Source of the DNA: Candidatus Eiseniibacteriota bacterium
GTDB taxonomy: Bacteria > Eisenbacteria > RBG-16-71-46 > CAIMUX01
Direction: 5' to 3'
Assembly: GCA_016712505.1 (NCBI GenBank)
Contig: JADJQY010000005.1
Span: 249,258 to 313,257 of the forward strand
Length of the DNA stretch: 64,000 nt
Both the position numbers and the translations under genes were made by a program. Positions 1-9,867 of the stretch are shown piece by piece. Below the pieces are notes generated by a model. It worked only from the letters and a program-made list of their open reading frames with translations. It was not told the DNA's origin and did no database searches. Each line of letters starts with the position of its first letter. Within the stretch, counting starts at the first letter, position 1.

Positions 1-145
1 ACATCTCGGCACTGGCGATTGCGATTTCGAGCGACATGATTGGTCCTTCCCTTGACTCCGAGTCCTCACCCGTCGGTCCGGCGTCGCCTCACCCCGAAAG
101 GGGCGGCGGCCCCCGGCACGCCGCGGGGAAATCGTTCCATCGAGC

Positions 146-1213
146 CTACACCTCGCGCAGGAGATCCCCGGGCGCCTCCGCGCCGACCCCGTTCCGCCCG
201 GCATTGGGCAGGAATGCGCCCGCGGCGCGCAGGTGTTCGGCCGCCTCTTCCGGCGGGGTGGGATTGATGTAGAACCCCGTCCCCCACTCGAATCCGGCGA
301 CCTTGGTCAACTTCGGCATGATCTCCACATACCAGTGGAAGTGGTGCTCCTCTTTCCACTCGTTGAGCGGTGAGGTGTGGAGCACGAAATTGAACGGCGG
401 TCGATTGAGGGTGACGTTGATCCGCTGCAGGGTCTCGCAGAGCAACGCGGAGAAGGAGAGGATCTGGTCGTCGCGCATCTCCTCGAAGCTCGCCTGGTGC
501 TTCTTCGGCATGACCCAGGTCTCGAACGGAAAGCGCGCCGCGAACGGCTCGAAGCAGATGAAGTCCTCGTTCTCCGCCACCACCCTCCGCGCCGCGGTCC
601 GCTCCTGGTCGACGATGTCGCAGAGGATACACCGCTCCTTGAGCTGGAAGTGCTGCAGGAACCCGTTCAGAAGTTCCACCGTTCGCCGGGGCACGATCGG
701 AGTAGCGATCAATTGCATGTGGCTGTGCTCGAGCGATGCGCCCGCCGCCTCGCCGTGGTTCTTGAAGATCTGGATGTAGCGGAAGCGCTTGTCCTTCGAC
801 AGGTCGGTGATCCTCTCCCGACAGGCGCGGATCACCCGGGCCACCTGCGCCACTGGCAGATCGGCGAGATCGTCGTCGTGCTCGGTGGTCTCGATGATCA
901 CCTCGTGCGCGCCGATGCCGTTCATCTTGTCGTAGATCCCCTCGGCTTTGCGCAGCAGCTCGCCCTCGATCTGGAGCGCGGGAAACTTGTTCGAGACCAC
1001 GCGCACATCCCAGCCCGGCGTGTCCGGACGCCCCCCGTCGGAGCGAATCGAGTAGACCTCCGGCGGAGTCTTCTCCTCGTTGCCCGGACAGAACGGACAG
1101 AAACCGCTCTTCTTCGCGGTCTGCGTCGGCCCGAAGTCCGACGGCCGCTTCCCCCGCTCGGTCGAGATGATGACCCAACGACCGACGATCGGATCTCGGC
1201 GGAGTTCAGGCAT
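146..1213 (-). CDS. galT: galactose-1-phosphate uridylyltransferase-like (HIT-superfamily hexose-1-P nucleotidyltransferase)
   Basis: N-terminal CPFCPGNE zinc motif and an HSHMQ (HxHxQ) active-site motif, typical of GalT. The stop codon is TAG. Confidence 0.65.
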   Translation of the reverse strand: MPELRRDPIVGRWVIISTERGKRPSDFGPTQTAKKSGFCPFCPGNEEKTPPEVYSIRSDGGRPDTPGWDVRVVSNKFPALQIEGELLRKAEGIYDKMNGIGAHEVIIETTEHDDDLADLPVAQVARVIRACRERITDLSKDKRFRYIQIFKNHGEAAGASLEHSHMQLIATPIVPRRTVELLNGFLQHFQLKERCILCDIVDQERTAARRVVAENEDFICFEPFAARFPFETWVMPKKHQASFEEMRDDQILSFSALLCETLQRINVTLNRPPFNFVLHTSPLNEWKEEHHFHWYVEIMPKLTKVAGFEWGTGFYINPTPPEEAAEHLRAAGAFLPNAGRNGVGAEAPGDLLREV

Positions 1214-1406
1214 GGTGCGTCTTCCTCGCTTCCGTCTTTGGCGAGAGCAGTCTTGCCGTTCCCGCGTGTAACCGGCTTAGACCCCGCTCTTGCCTCTTAC
1301 CGTGCAGGACTCGCCTTCCGGGAGTCCCGCAGTCCCTGCGATCCCTCGAAGGCTGCGCGGAGAATCGCCCTCTCGGCCGGGCCTAGCACCTCGCCTCGCC
1401 TTCCCA

Positions 1407-2567
1407 TCACGATTTCGGCCGTTTCGAGGAACTTGTCCAGCGCGTACTCCGATCCCCCGGGACCGCTCCCCAGGCGAAGTCGGGCACCCACTTCTCCGCC
1501 ACCGCCGGGTCGCCGAACAGGTTCGCGCCGAGCCCCACCACCGTGCCGGTGTTGAGCAGGCAGCCGATCCGAGTCTTCACATGGTCGCCAAGAAAGCTCC
1601 CCACCTTCTTGAGCCCGGTGGGAACCTCGACACCGTTCAGTTCCAGCCGCACGTAGGAGTAGTTGTTCTTCAGATCGGAGGTGGTTGTCAAGGCGCCCAG
1701 GTTGATCCACTCGCCCAGATAGCTGTGCCCCAGGAAGCCGTCGTGCGCCTTGTTGACAAACCCGAGGGCGACGCTCGCCTCGACCTCTCCTCGGATCCGG
1801 CACTGGAGCCCGACGGCGCTACCGCTGCCGATCTTCCCCCCAAGCAACCGACTCCTCGGCCCGGCGAAGAACGGACCCTTGATCCAGGTGTGCGGCTCCA
1901 CCTCGCACCCCTCGGCGAGTACGACCGGCCCCTCCCGGGCGTCGAGCACCGCCCCGTGATCGATCCGGCAGCCGCCACCCAGGCGGATCGCCTCGGTGGC
2001 GTACCCCGCCGTGGGGGCGAGCGCGGGAGGGGGCAGATCCCCGACCAGCCGCTCGAGGTCGGGCCCGATCAGCGCCTCGTGGTGACGCAACAGGTCGGCC
2101 AGGCCGAGGAGCAGCCGCGCGTCCGGAAGCTCGATCGTCCTGCTCGCGGCGGCGGCGGCGCGGGTCAGCCGTTCCGACAGCTCCGCCTCTCGCTGCTCAG
2201 CACTGCCGAGGGCAGCGACCATCCCCGTTCCCAGGCGGAACGCGATCAGGCGATCCTGACTGCGGGCGACCTGGTCCGGCTCGAGCGTTCGCAAGCTGGC
2301 CAAGCTGGTCGCTTCGGGGACGAGGAGATCACTCACCCAGAGATCACCGACCTCCGGTGCAACCTGCGAGAAGGCGCATCGATTGCGACCGATCGGGGCG
2401 AGGAGCGCGCGGGTGACCAACGTGACCTCCGCCCGGTGCGGGGCCGCCAACCGCTCCCACCGTTCCTGCATCCGCTCCACCCCAACCATCAGGCGGGAAG
2501 CGGGCCGAACCCAGGTGAACGGCCGCAGGGCGACCGACGCGGGATCGTCGTAGACCCGGAGTTTCAT
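1407..2567 (-). CDS. hexapeptide-repeat (left-handed beta-helix) protein, putative acyl- or nucleotidyl-transferase
   Basis: The C-terminal 200 aa is rich in imperfect hexapeptide repeats (for example LGGGCRIDHGAVL and IGSGSAVGLQCRI). The N-terminal 180 aa is unassigned. The start overlaps the SPOR gene stop (TAGATG). Confidence 0.45.
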   Translation of the reverse strand: MKLRVYDDPASVALRPFTWVRPASRLMVGVERMQERWERLAAPHRAEVTLVTRALLAPIGRNRCAFSQVAPEVGDLWVSDLLVPEATSLASLRTLEPDQVARSQDRLIAFRLGTGMVAALGSAEQREAELSERLTRAAAAASRTIELPDARLLLGLADLLRHHEALIGPDLERLVGDLPPPALAPTAGYATEAIRLGGGCRIDHGAVLDAREGPVVLAEGCEVEPHTWIKGPFFAGPRSRLLGGKIGSGSAVGLQCRIRGEVEASVALGFVNKAHDGFLGHSYLGEWINLGALTTTSDLKNNYSYVRLELNGVEVPTGLKKVGSFLGDHVKTRIGCLLNTGTVVGLGANLFGDPAVAEKWVPDFAWGAVPGDRSTRWTSSSKRPKS

Positions 2568-3347
2568 CTAGCGCGCCACCGTCTGCGGGGTCACGGGAAC
2601 GAGGAAGGCGTCGGCGTAGCCGAGGCCGACCGCCTGTTCGAGCCAGACCAGCGCCTCGGCGCGCGATCCGGCGGCGGTGCGCACCTTGAAAAGACCGTTC
2701 TCCGACTCGACGAAGAGTGGCAGGCGCAGGAACTCCGACATCGTGGCGCGCCGATCGTCCGCCACCTTCTGCGTTCCGGTGGCGAAAAGCTGAACGCGAT
2801 AGCGAAGTTCGGCCCCGTCCCGGTCGACTGGGGCCGGGCGCACCCCATCCCGGCCAGCCCCATCCCGGCCAGCCCCAGCCGGGTCGACCCCAGCCGGCGG
2901 GGCGTTGCTAGCGGGGGCAGGAGCTGCCGAGCGCGTAAGCGCGTCCGCGGGGCGAGTCGCCGGGGGAACGCCCCGGTCGTCAACCCGCTTGGCGGCGTCC
3001 CGTTCGTCCTCGAGCTTTGCAGTCTCCGGGGTGAACGGCTCCTCCTCCGGGATCGCCTGGGGCTCGCGCGGCTGGCGCACCTGCGCCGCCAGCGCAGGAG
3101 TGTCCTTCTTCTCCCGGCCGGACAGCGGGAATGCCTCTGCCGCATCACTGGCGGTCTGGTTGGCCGGATCCTCCGAGGGGTAGACCCGATTCACCCCCGG
3201 CACGACGATGGCCAGGGGGGGCGCCCCTTCCTGTTCCGTGGCCTGGGGGTGCACCACCGGAGGGTTCACCGGACCCCGCGGCGGCGGCTCGGGTGTGGTC
3301 GCGGGAGCAGGTTGCTGTTCCGCCACCGGGGCCGGCGGACGCACCAC
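2568..3347 (-). CDS. SPOR domain protein (peptidoglycan-binding), Pro-rich linker
   Basis: C-terminal SPOR-like segment YRVQLFATGTQKVADDRRATMSEF...FKVRTAAGSRAEALVWLEQAV. The N-terminus probably extends upstream to about 3443, where a signal/transmembrane-like segment is encoded in frame. Confidence 0.55.
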   Translation of the reverse strand: MVRPPAPVAEQQPAPATTPEPPPRGPVNPPVVHPQATEQEGAPPLAIVVPGVNRVYPSEDPANQTASDAAEAFPLSGREKKDTPALAAQVRQPREPQAIPEEEPFTPETAKLEDERDAAKRVDDRGVPPATRPADALTRSAAPAPASNAPPAGVDPAGAGRDGAGRDGVRPAPVDRDGAELRYRVQLFATGTQKVADDRRATMSEFLRLPLFVESENGLFKVRTAAGSRAEALVWLEQAVGLGYADAFLVPVTPQTVAR

Positions 3348-3443
3348 GGCGCGCTTGGAGGCGCAGCCCGGGGCGACCGCGAACAGCAGGGCGATCCAGA
3401 CCGCACCAGCGAGCGCCGGGAGCGCCCGGGGATCGCGACTGAA

Positions 3444-4538
3444 CTAGAAGTGCCTGGCAAACCGTGCATCGAGTTTTCCCTCCTCGACCAGTCGACGGAT
3501 CTCCTGCGCGCGATCCTTCGCGCACACCAGTGTGGCGTCCCCGACGCGCACCACGATCATCTTTTCGATCCCGAGCACGGCAAGCAGCCCGCCATCCTCG
3601 GAGTAGAGCAAGCAGTCGGCGCTGTCCTGCGCCAGGACCGGGCCGCGCACGCGATTCCCTCGCGCGTCGACCGGCTGCTGATCACCCCACGCCGGCCAGG
3701 AGCCGAGATCGCTCCAGGCGAAGGGAGCCTCCACCACCGCCACATCCTCCGCCCGCTCCGCGAGCGCGTAGTCGATCGAGATCGAGGGGCAGGCTTGGTA
3801 GTAGGCCGACCACTCTTCCGCCGTCACGCCGCGGGACAGGGCATCCCGCAGACGATCGAGAGGGGGAGCCATGTCGGGACAGTGCCGACGCAGGAGCCGC
3901 GCCACGCCGGCCGCATCGAAGAGAAAGATCCCGCTGTTCCAGTAGCACCGTCCACCCGCGAGATAGGCTTCCGCGCGATCGACGCTCGGCTTCTCGTGGA
4001 AGCGGCGGACGCGATAGGCGTGCAAGCCGGTCGGCGCGGACCGCGGAAGGGGGAGCGCCTCGTCCCGCTCGATGTAACCGTACCCCGTCTCGGGGTAGCT
4101 CGGGGTGATGCCCAGGGTCACGACGCGTTCGGGGTGTTCGGCGAGAAGAGTTTCCGCCACCTTCACCGAACGCCAGAATTCTTCGGTGTCGGGAATCCAG
4201 TGATCGGAGGGAAGCACGACCAGGGCACCTCCCCCTCCGGCCAGGATCGACTCCGCCGCGGCCCCCAGGGCGGGCGCAGTGTTCCGCCCCGTCGTCTCCC
4301 AGAGGAAGTGGTCCCGCGGGATGTCGAGCGGGATCTGGTCGAGGCTGGGGCCAAGATCGACCGCCGCGGCGATCCAGCGATGCGAAGACTCCACCCGCGA
4401 GGCAACCCGAGCGATGGTCGCTTCGAGCAGACTTCGGTCCCCGACCAGCGGCAGTAGCTGCTTGGGCCGGAGACGGCGACTGAGCGGCCAGAAGCGCTCT
4501 CCGCGTCCACCGGCCAAAATGACGACATGCAGGCTCAT
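3444..4538 (-). CDS. manC: mannose-1-phosphate guanylyltransferase (GDP-mannose pyrophosphorylase)
   Basis: MSLHVVILAGGRGERFWPLS...LLPL glycine-rich nucleotidyltransferase signature. Start trimmed to an internal ATG at 4538. The stop codon is TAG. Confidence 0.75.
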   Translation of the reverse strand: MSLHVVILAGGRGERFWPLSRRLRPKQLLPLVGDRSLLEATIARVASRVESSHRWIAAAVDLGPSLDQIPLDIPRDHFLWETTGRNTAPALGAAAESILAGGGGALVVLPSDHWIPDTEEFWRSVKVAETLLAEHPERVVTLGITPSYPETGYGYIERDEALPLPRSAPTGLHAYRVRRFHEKPSVDRAEAYLAGGRCYWNSGIFLFDAAGVARLLRRHCPDMAPPLDRLRDALSRGVTAEEWSAYYQACPSISIDYALAERAEDVAVVEAPFAWSDLGSWPAWGDQQPVDARGNRVRGPVLAQDSADCLLYSEDGGLLAVLGIEKMIVVRVGDATLVCAKDRAQEIRRLVEEGKLDARFARHF

Positions 4539-4645
4539 GTGGTCGCGATTATTGAAGTCCGTCCCGCTCCCTTCAACCTCAATCTCAGCGGGCCTGGATT
4601 GAACCGCCCGCGGTGGCGCTGGGCGCCTGTCGGGGAGGGAGGAAA

Positions 4646-5836
4646 CTAGCCGCGGTCGCGCCGGGCGCGGGAGCCCGCATCGCGCGGCGACTCCAGGACC
4701 GTCAGTTTGGGCTGCCCTTCCGGCCGGGCTTGACTGGCGTCGTGCCCTGCTCCGGAGAGGAGGTCGAGGTAGACCGCCTCGGTCGCCTCGGTGATCTTCG
4801 CCCAGGAGTAGTGCTGTTCGGCGTGCCGGCGACAACGGCGCGCCACCTCATCGACCTGCTCCGGATGTGCCAGGAGGTGGGAGAGTTTGTCCCGCAGGTC
4901 GAGGACGTCGCGGTTGCGGAAGGTCACCGCACAGTCCTCGATCACCTCCAGGTTCTCCGGGATGTCGCTCGCAAGGACACATTTGCCGTGCGATATCGCC
5001 TCGATGAGCGAGATCGAGAGCCCCTCCAGGATGGAAGGTTGAACCACCATGTAAGCGTTCGACCACATCTCCTCGAGCAGGTCGCCGTAGACGTAGCCCA
5101 CCATGTGGATCCGCTCATCGCCGTTCCGAATGCGCATGAGCGAATCGACGTAACCATCTGAAAAGCTGGATCCTCCGGCCATCACCAACCGGGTATCGGT
5201 CTTGAGCTGGCTCCAGGCCTCGAGAAGGTAGTGGCACCCCTTCTCCGGAACCAGACGCCCGACGTAGAGCACGTAGCGGTGCTTGTCCAGGCCGTACTTC
5301 TTGAGCTTGTTCGGGGGGCGGAACACCCCCGGGTTGGCCCCATTGGGGATGAACGCGGTGTCGACGTTGTACTTCTCCAGGAAGTACTCCCGCAGAGTCT
5401 TCGAGACCACGATGGTCTTGTTCGGGAAGTGGATCGCCGGGGTCTCGCAGGCCTTGAGGAACCAGGAGGCGAGCTTGCCCCACTTGCCCCGCTCCCAGTC
5501 CAGCCCGTGCACCGTGACGACCGTCTTCGGCCCCCAGAGCCGCGCCAGGCGGGCGAAGACCGAGGGGCCCAGGGCGTGGTAGTGGATGATGTCGTAGCTG
5601 CGGAAGAGGGAGTCGACGGTCGCGAGCGCACAGTGGGTGATCGTGTCGAGGTGCTTGGTGTTGACGCTCGGGAGGCGACGGATCCGCACTCCGCGGTAGG
5701 TTCCCTGCTGGTGCGAGTAGTGAAAGCGGCTGTAGACGTCGACCTCATGGCCTCGTTCGACCAGACGGGTGCCGATCTCCTCGACATGCCGTTCGATCCC
5801 GCCATAGGTGGCCGGGATGCCCTTCTGGCCCACCAT
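4646..5836 (-). CDS. glycosyltransferase family 4
   Basis: N-terminus KIAMVGQKGIPATYGGIERHVEEIG and a C-terminal GT4 EX7E-like region. The start is uncertain (ATG at 5836 or TTG at 5848). Confidence 0.7.
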   Translation of the reverse strand: MVGQKGIPATYGGIERHVEEIGTRLVERGHEVDVYSRFHYSHQQGTYRGVRIRRLPSVNTKHLDTITHCALATVDSLFRSYDIIHYHALGPSVFARLARLWGPKTVVTVHGLDWERGKWGKLASWFLKACETPAIHFPNKTIVVSKTLREYFLEKYNVDTAFIPNGANPGVFRPPNKLKKYGLDKHRYVLYVGRLVPEKGCHYLLEAWSQLKTDTRLVMAGGSSFSDGYVDSLMRIRNGDERIHMVGYVYGDLLEEMWSNAYMVVQPSILEGLSISLIEAISHGKCVLASDIPENLEVIEDCAVTFRNRDVLDLRDKLSHLLAHPEQVDEVARRCRRHAEQHYSWAKITEATEAVYLDLLSGAGHDASQARPEGQPKLTVLESPRDAGSRARRDRG

Positions 5837-5844
5837 GGCGATCT

Positions 5845-7107
5845 TCAAACCCTGGCCTCCCCGCCCGACGTCTTGCCGGAACTCACATCCTGATAGATGG
5901 CGAGCAACCGGTCGAGGTGCATCTCGATCCCGTGCTCCCGCTCGATCTTCGTCCGGGCGGTCCGCCCCATACGTGGCAGATCGGCCGCCGGACCGGTCAT
6001 CCAAAGCAGAGCGTCGGCCAGCGAAGCCGGGTCGCCGCTCTGATGCAGACGCCCGGTCTCACCATCGATCACCAGTTCCGGGATTCCGCCGATTTTCGCC
6101 CCTACCACCGGTCGTCCCAAGGCGAAAGGTTCGAGAATCGCATATGGGAGGTTTTCGTACCACTCCGACGGGACGACCGCGAAGGCGGCATCACGAATCG
6201 CCTGGTGGAGCGCGTCCCCCGAGCGGTAGCCAAGAAACTCCACCCTCCCGGGGGCGGCAGTTTGTGCCCGGGCCTCCAGTTCGCCCCGCAGCGGCCCCTC
6301 CCCCAGGACCCGTAACTTCAATTGGCCCTGCGGCAAACGCGCCATGGCCTCAATCAGGGTGGCAATTCCCTTTTCCCGCGAGAGGCGACCAACGTAGACG
6401 CAGTGAAACGGCTCCCGAGCGGGCTCGGAGGCTGGGCGGTACCGCTCGATCGCCACGAAGTACGGCAGGTGGACCAGCCGCTCGCGTTCGATCCCAAACT
6501 CCGCGACCTTTTCCAGCATGAAGCGGCTCGGGCAGATGAAGCGGTCGACCTTGCGGTAGGTGCCGAGCCCCTCGTGCAGGAATGCCTCCGCGGCCCCGAC
6601 CAGACTCGCCCCGGTCGAGTCGAGGAGACAGCGATGCCGGACCGCCTCGAGGTACTTCCCCCCCTTGCACCGCTCACAGATCCGGCCCTCGGTCATGAGC
6701 AGATAGGCCGGACAGACCAGTTTGTAGTCGTGCAGGGTCTGCACGACCGGCACGCCGGCACCCCGGAGCGCGGCGATCACCGAAGGAGAGAGCTGGTGGT
6801 AGATGTTGTGCAGGTGGGCCACGGCAGGCCGGCTGACGCCCGTCAGCGCGTGCACCGCCCGCTCCGCCTCGCGGTTCCAGATCGCCCGGAGCCCGTGACG
6901 GATCTTCGCCAGCGGCCCGAGGCCGCCGCGGTAGTCGACCTCCTCGACGAAGCGATCCCCGGGTGCGCCGGGCAGGTTCGAGGAGTGGGCCATCGCGAGG
7001 GGACTGACTTCATGCCCCCGGGCGCGCAGCGCCTCCGAGATGTCGAGGTAGTACCGTTCCGCCCCTCCCTTCACGTAATGGAACTTGTTGATCTGGAGAA
7101 CCCTCAC
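5845..7107 (-). CDS. glycosyltransferase family 4
   Basis: MRVLQINKFHYVKGGAERYYLDISEALRARGHEV, a GT4 N-terminal motif. The C-terminal domain carries the conserved E...E region. Overlaps the next gene by 4 nt. Confidence 0.75.
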   Translation of the reverse strand: MRVLQINKFHYVKGGAERYYLDISEALRARGHEVSPLAMAHSSNLPGAPGDRFVEEVDYRGGLGPLAKIRHGLRAIWNREAERAVHALTGVSRPAVAHLHNIYHQLSPSVIAALRGAGVPVVQTLHDYKLVCPAYLLMTEGRICERCKGGKYLEAVRHRCLLDSTGASLVGAAEAFLHEGLGTYRKVDRFICPSRFMLEKVAEFGIERERLVHLPYFVAIERYRPASEPAREPFHCVYVGRLSREKGIATLIEAMARLPQGQLKLRVLGEGPLRGELEARAQTAAPGRVEFLGYRSGDALHQAIRDAAFAVVPSEWYENLPYAILEPFALGRPVVGAKIGGIPELVIDGETGRLHQSGDPASLADALLWMTGPAADLPRMGRTARTKIEREHGIEMHLDRLLAIYQDVSSGKTSGGEARV

Positions 7108-8237
7108 CGCGCCCCTCCGAGCTGGGCCGGCTCGACGTCGCGATAGAGGTCGGCCACCCGAGCACTCATGGCGTCGGCCCGGAAACGGCGGTCGAAACGT
7201 TCCCGGCCGGCGCGTCCGAAGCGCGCGCGCAGATCCGGGTCGGAGAGGAGACGCCCCAGCGCCCGGGCCAATCCGGCGGTATCCCCGGCCGGCACGAGGA
7301 GGCCGGTCTGCTCGGGGTCGATCACCTCCGGCACACCGAACACCGCGCTGCCGACACAGGGAAGTCCCGCCGCCATCGCCTCGAGCAACGTGAGCGGCAT
7401 TGACTCGACCAGGGACGGAAGAACGAAGAGGTCGAAGGCATGCATCGCGCGAGCCGCATCCGCGGCCGGACCGGCCAGGCAGAGGCGGTCCGAGATGCCG
7501 AGCTGTCTGGCCTGCGATTCGAGCTGTGTCCTCTCCTCCCCCTCGCCGATGATCACCAGCCGCCAGGCGGGCTGGTGGTCGCGGAGTTGGGCGCAGGCCT
7601 CGAGGAGCAGGTGCTGCCCCTTACGCCGGGTGAGAGCGGCCACGTTTCCCACCACCAGATCGTCCGACCCCACGCCCCAGGACGAGCGCCGGGCCGCACG
7701 CTCCTCGGCCGAGAAGGGGGCGGCGGCATTCACCCCGTTGTCGATGATCCGGATCTTCTCGAAATCCATGCCGTGGAGATCGACCAGGAAGTCTCGGTTC
7801 TGTCGGGTCATGACGATGATGCGATCGATCCAGTGGGAGAAGAACACCTTGGTCGGAAACTTCCGGTACTTGCGCTCGATCATGGGCAGGTGCTCGGTCG
7901 AGACGACGCGGGCATATCCCGCCTCGCGCGCCGCCCAGGCCACGGACGAGACCCCGGCATCGTACGAGCTTGGGAGGTTGAGATGAAGCACATCTCCTCC
8001 CACCGCGCGAAAGCGCCGGACCATGCGGGGCAAGCGGGGAAGCCAGGAGAAGCCGGGACGCTCCAGCTCGTGGACCCGGACCCCCTGAGCGGTCAAGAGT
8101 GCCCGCAGCCGCTCCGCTCCCGGATCCGGGGGTAGGACGGCGGTCAGGGTGAACCGTTCGCGGTCGAGATGCTCGGCCAGGAGCGCGAGATACATCTCCG
8201 CCCCGCCAAAGTAGAGGGCATCGGAATAGAGGGTCAC
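7104..8237 (-). CDS. glycosyltransferase family 4
   Basis: RVTLYSDALYFGGAEMYL with a C-terminal GT4 domain (VGNVAALTRRKGQHLLLEA...). The ORF is open up to 8375. The start was placed at GTG 8237 to avoid overlap. Confidence 0.6.
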   Translation of the reverse strand: MTLYSDALYFGGAEMYLALLAEHLDRERFTLTAVLPPDPGAERLRALLTAQGVRVHELERPGFSWLPRLPRMVRRFRAVGGDVLHLNLPSSYDAGVSSVAWAAREAGYARVVSTEHLPMIERKYRKFPTKVFFSHWIDRIIVMTRQNRDFLVDLHGMDFEKIRIIDNGVNAAAPFSAEERAARRSSWGVGSDDLVVGNVAALTRRKGQHLLLEACAQLRDHQPAWRLVIIGEGEERTQLESQARQLGISDRLCLAGPAADAARAMHAFDLFVLPSLVESMPLTLLEAMAAGLPCVGSAVFGVPEVIDPEQTGLLVPAGDTAGLARALGRLLSDPDLRARFGRAGRERFDRRFRADAMSARVADLYRDVEPAQLGGAR

Positions 8238-8269
8238 GCGCAGCGGCGGTGAAAGGGTCTCAGCTCCGC

Positions 8270-9814
8270 TCACGGTTGGGGCCCCGCATCCGATCGGGGG
8301 AGCACCCAGACGTCGATCCCGGTGAACTCCCGGGTGCGCTCCGGCGGATGCTGCTCCGCCATCCACCGTCGCCACTGCCCGGCCGGATCGACCGCCTCGG
8401 CGCGGAAGACGATCACGTAGGTCCGCGGGTGGGCCGCGATGAGCGAGTCGAAACGGGCGAATTGCTGGGCGCGCGTCAGCATCCCCCAGTCCCCCAGATC
8501 GGCCTTCCGGATTCCGTCCGCGCCGCGACGCATACCCCGCCAGTGGTACCGTTCGAACGGTTCGTCCGTGCCGACCACGAAGAGCAGCTCACCCGGCTTC
8601 GCCTCGGACCGCAGGAACGCCGCGGCGGCACGCGCGTCGTCCTTGTCGTACCGGGGATCGGTGAAGTAGCGCCCCAGACTGACCCCGGTGGGAACGAGGA
8701 TGCACAAGGCCAGCAACCAACGCCAGACGATGCGCCGTGGGGCCAGGAGACCGAGCGCGAGCAGAACCACATACGCGGGGAGCGCGGCTGCCGCGTAACG
8801 CGGGTTGAACACCTTGAGGTTTCGGAGCGCGACGAGAAAGGTGAGCAGGGTCGGCAGGAATGCCAGGAGCAACCAGTAGCGTCCCTCGCCCCGAAGTCGC
8901 CAGGCAGCTCGCCCGCCGAGGAGCACCGCTCCACCGAAGCCGATCATCGCCGCGAGCAAGAGGGGGAGATCGGGCCGGAAGAGCTCGAATCCCATCCCCT
9001 GGCGCAGCTCACGCAGGCTGGGACCGAGGGAATAGCCGACGGAGAAGACGAAGTAGGTGAACGGAATTCCCAGCCACGGGGCGGTGGTCTCCCCCCGCAA
9101 GCGCTCGGTCGCCTCGATCGGCGCGAGATCGAGCGCGCCGGAGGGCTCGAGATGGCGCACCCAGAACCGGTAGATCCAGGGTGAAAGGGCCAGCGCGGTG
9201 ATCCCCCAGCTGACCAGCGCGAGGCGCCGGATCCGTCGCTGCGTGGCCCACTCATACCCGGCCTGGATCATCACCGCAAAGAGGTGGGCCAGATTGCTGA
9301 GGAAGCCGAACAGATTGGCCAGGGTGTAGAGCGCCCCGCGCCCCCCCCCGGCCGGCAGATGAAGGTACGCACCACTCGAGAGCACGACGAAGAAGATCAG
9401 GAGCGCGTAGTTGCGGATCTCCTGCGAGTACCAGAGATGAAACGGGGACACCGCGAGCAGGCCCGCGGCGAGCAAAGCAGGAGCTCGATCGAGGCGCGGC
9501 CGCACCGCCCAGTAGAGTAGCGGCACGGTCGCGGCACCGAAGAGGGCCGAGAGCGAACGGAGTGCCGCCTCCCCCGTGCCGAAGAGCCGCGACCAGAGAT
9601 GGAGGAGCAATGCGTGAAGCGGGCCGTGGAGATTCTCGAACCACTGATCCCAGCCGAATCGGCCGAAGACCGCGGCATACTTGATGCTGAAGGCTTCATC
9701 CACCCAGACCGACTGCCGCGCCAGCGCGAAGAAGCGAAGCCCGAACGCAATCAGCGTGAGGCCGAGCAGGATCCGGCCCTCACGGGTCGAATGCCGCGCC
9801 CGTTCCTGCGGCAT
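8270..9814 (-). CDS. glycosyltransferase family 39 (ArnT/PMT-like polyprenyl-phosphate-sugar dependent transferase), multi-pass membrane protein
   Basis: ILLGLTLIAFGLRFFALARQSVWVDEAFS...AVSPFHLWYSQEIRNYALLIFF, typical of the GT39/GT83 N-terminus. Many predicted transmembrane segments. ATG at 9814 is preceded by GGAAGGAGAG. Confidence 0.65.
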   Translation of the reverse strand: MPQERARHSTREGRILLGLTLIAFGLRFFALARQSVWVDEAFSIKYAAVFGRFGWDQWFENLHGPLHALLLHLWSRLFGTGEAALRSLSALFGAATVPLLYWAVRPRLDRAPALLAAGLLAVSPFHLWYSQEIRNYALLIFFVVLSSGAYLHLPAGGGRGALYTLANLFGFLSNLAHLFAVMIQAGYEWATQRRIRRLALVSWGITALALSPWIYRFWVRHLEPSGALDLAPIEATERLRGETTAPWLGIPFTYFVFSVGYSLGPSLRELRQGMGFELFRPDLPLLLAAMIGFGGAVLLGGRAAWRLRGEGRYWLLLAFLPTLLTFLVALRNLKVFNPRYAAAALPAYVVLLALGLLAPRRIVWRWLLALCILVPTGVSLGRYFTDPRYDKDDARAAAAFLRSEAKPGELLFVVGTDEPFERYHWRGMRRGADGIRKADLGDWGMLTRAQQFARFDSLIAAHPRTYVIVFRAEAVDPAGQWRRWMAEQHPPERTREFTGIDVWVLPRSDAGPQP

Positions 9815-9867
9815 TGGCTCTCCTTCCGGTGGAAAGCTAGGGGCGAGGGGAGACCTGCCCGGAGTCC

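Noticed and set aside
1214-1406. The 190-bp gap between the hexapeptide-repeat gene and galT as a site for a small gene or RNA
   Set aside because: No ORF with a plausible start or ribosome-binding site and no conserved RNA motif was recognised. It is likely an internal promoter or spacer.
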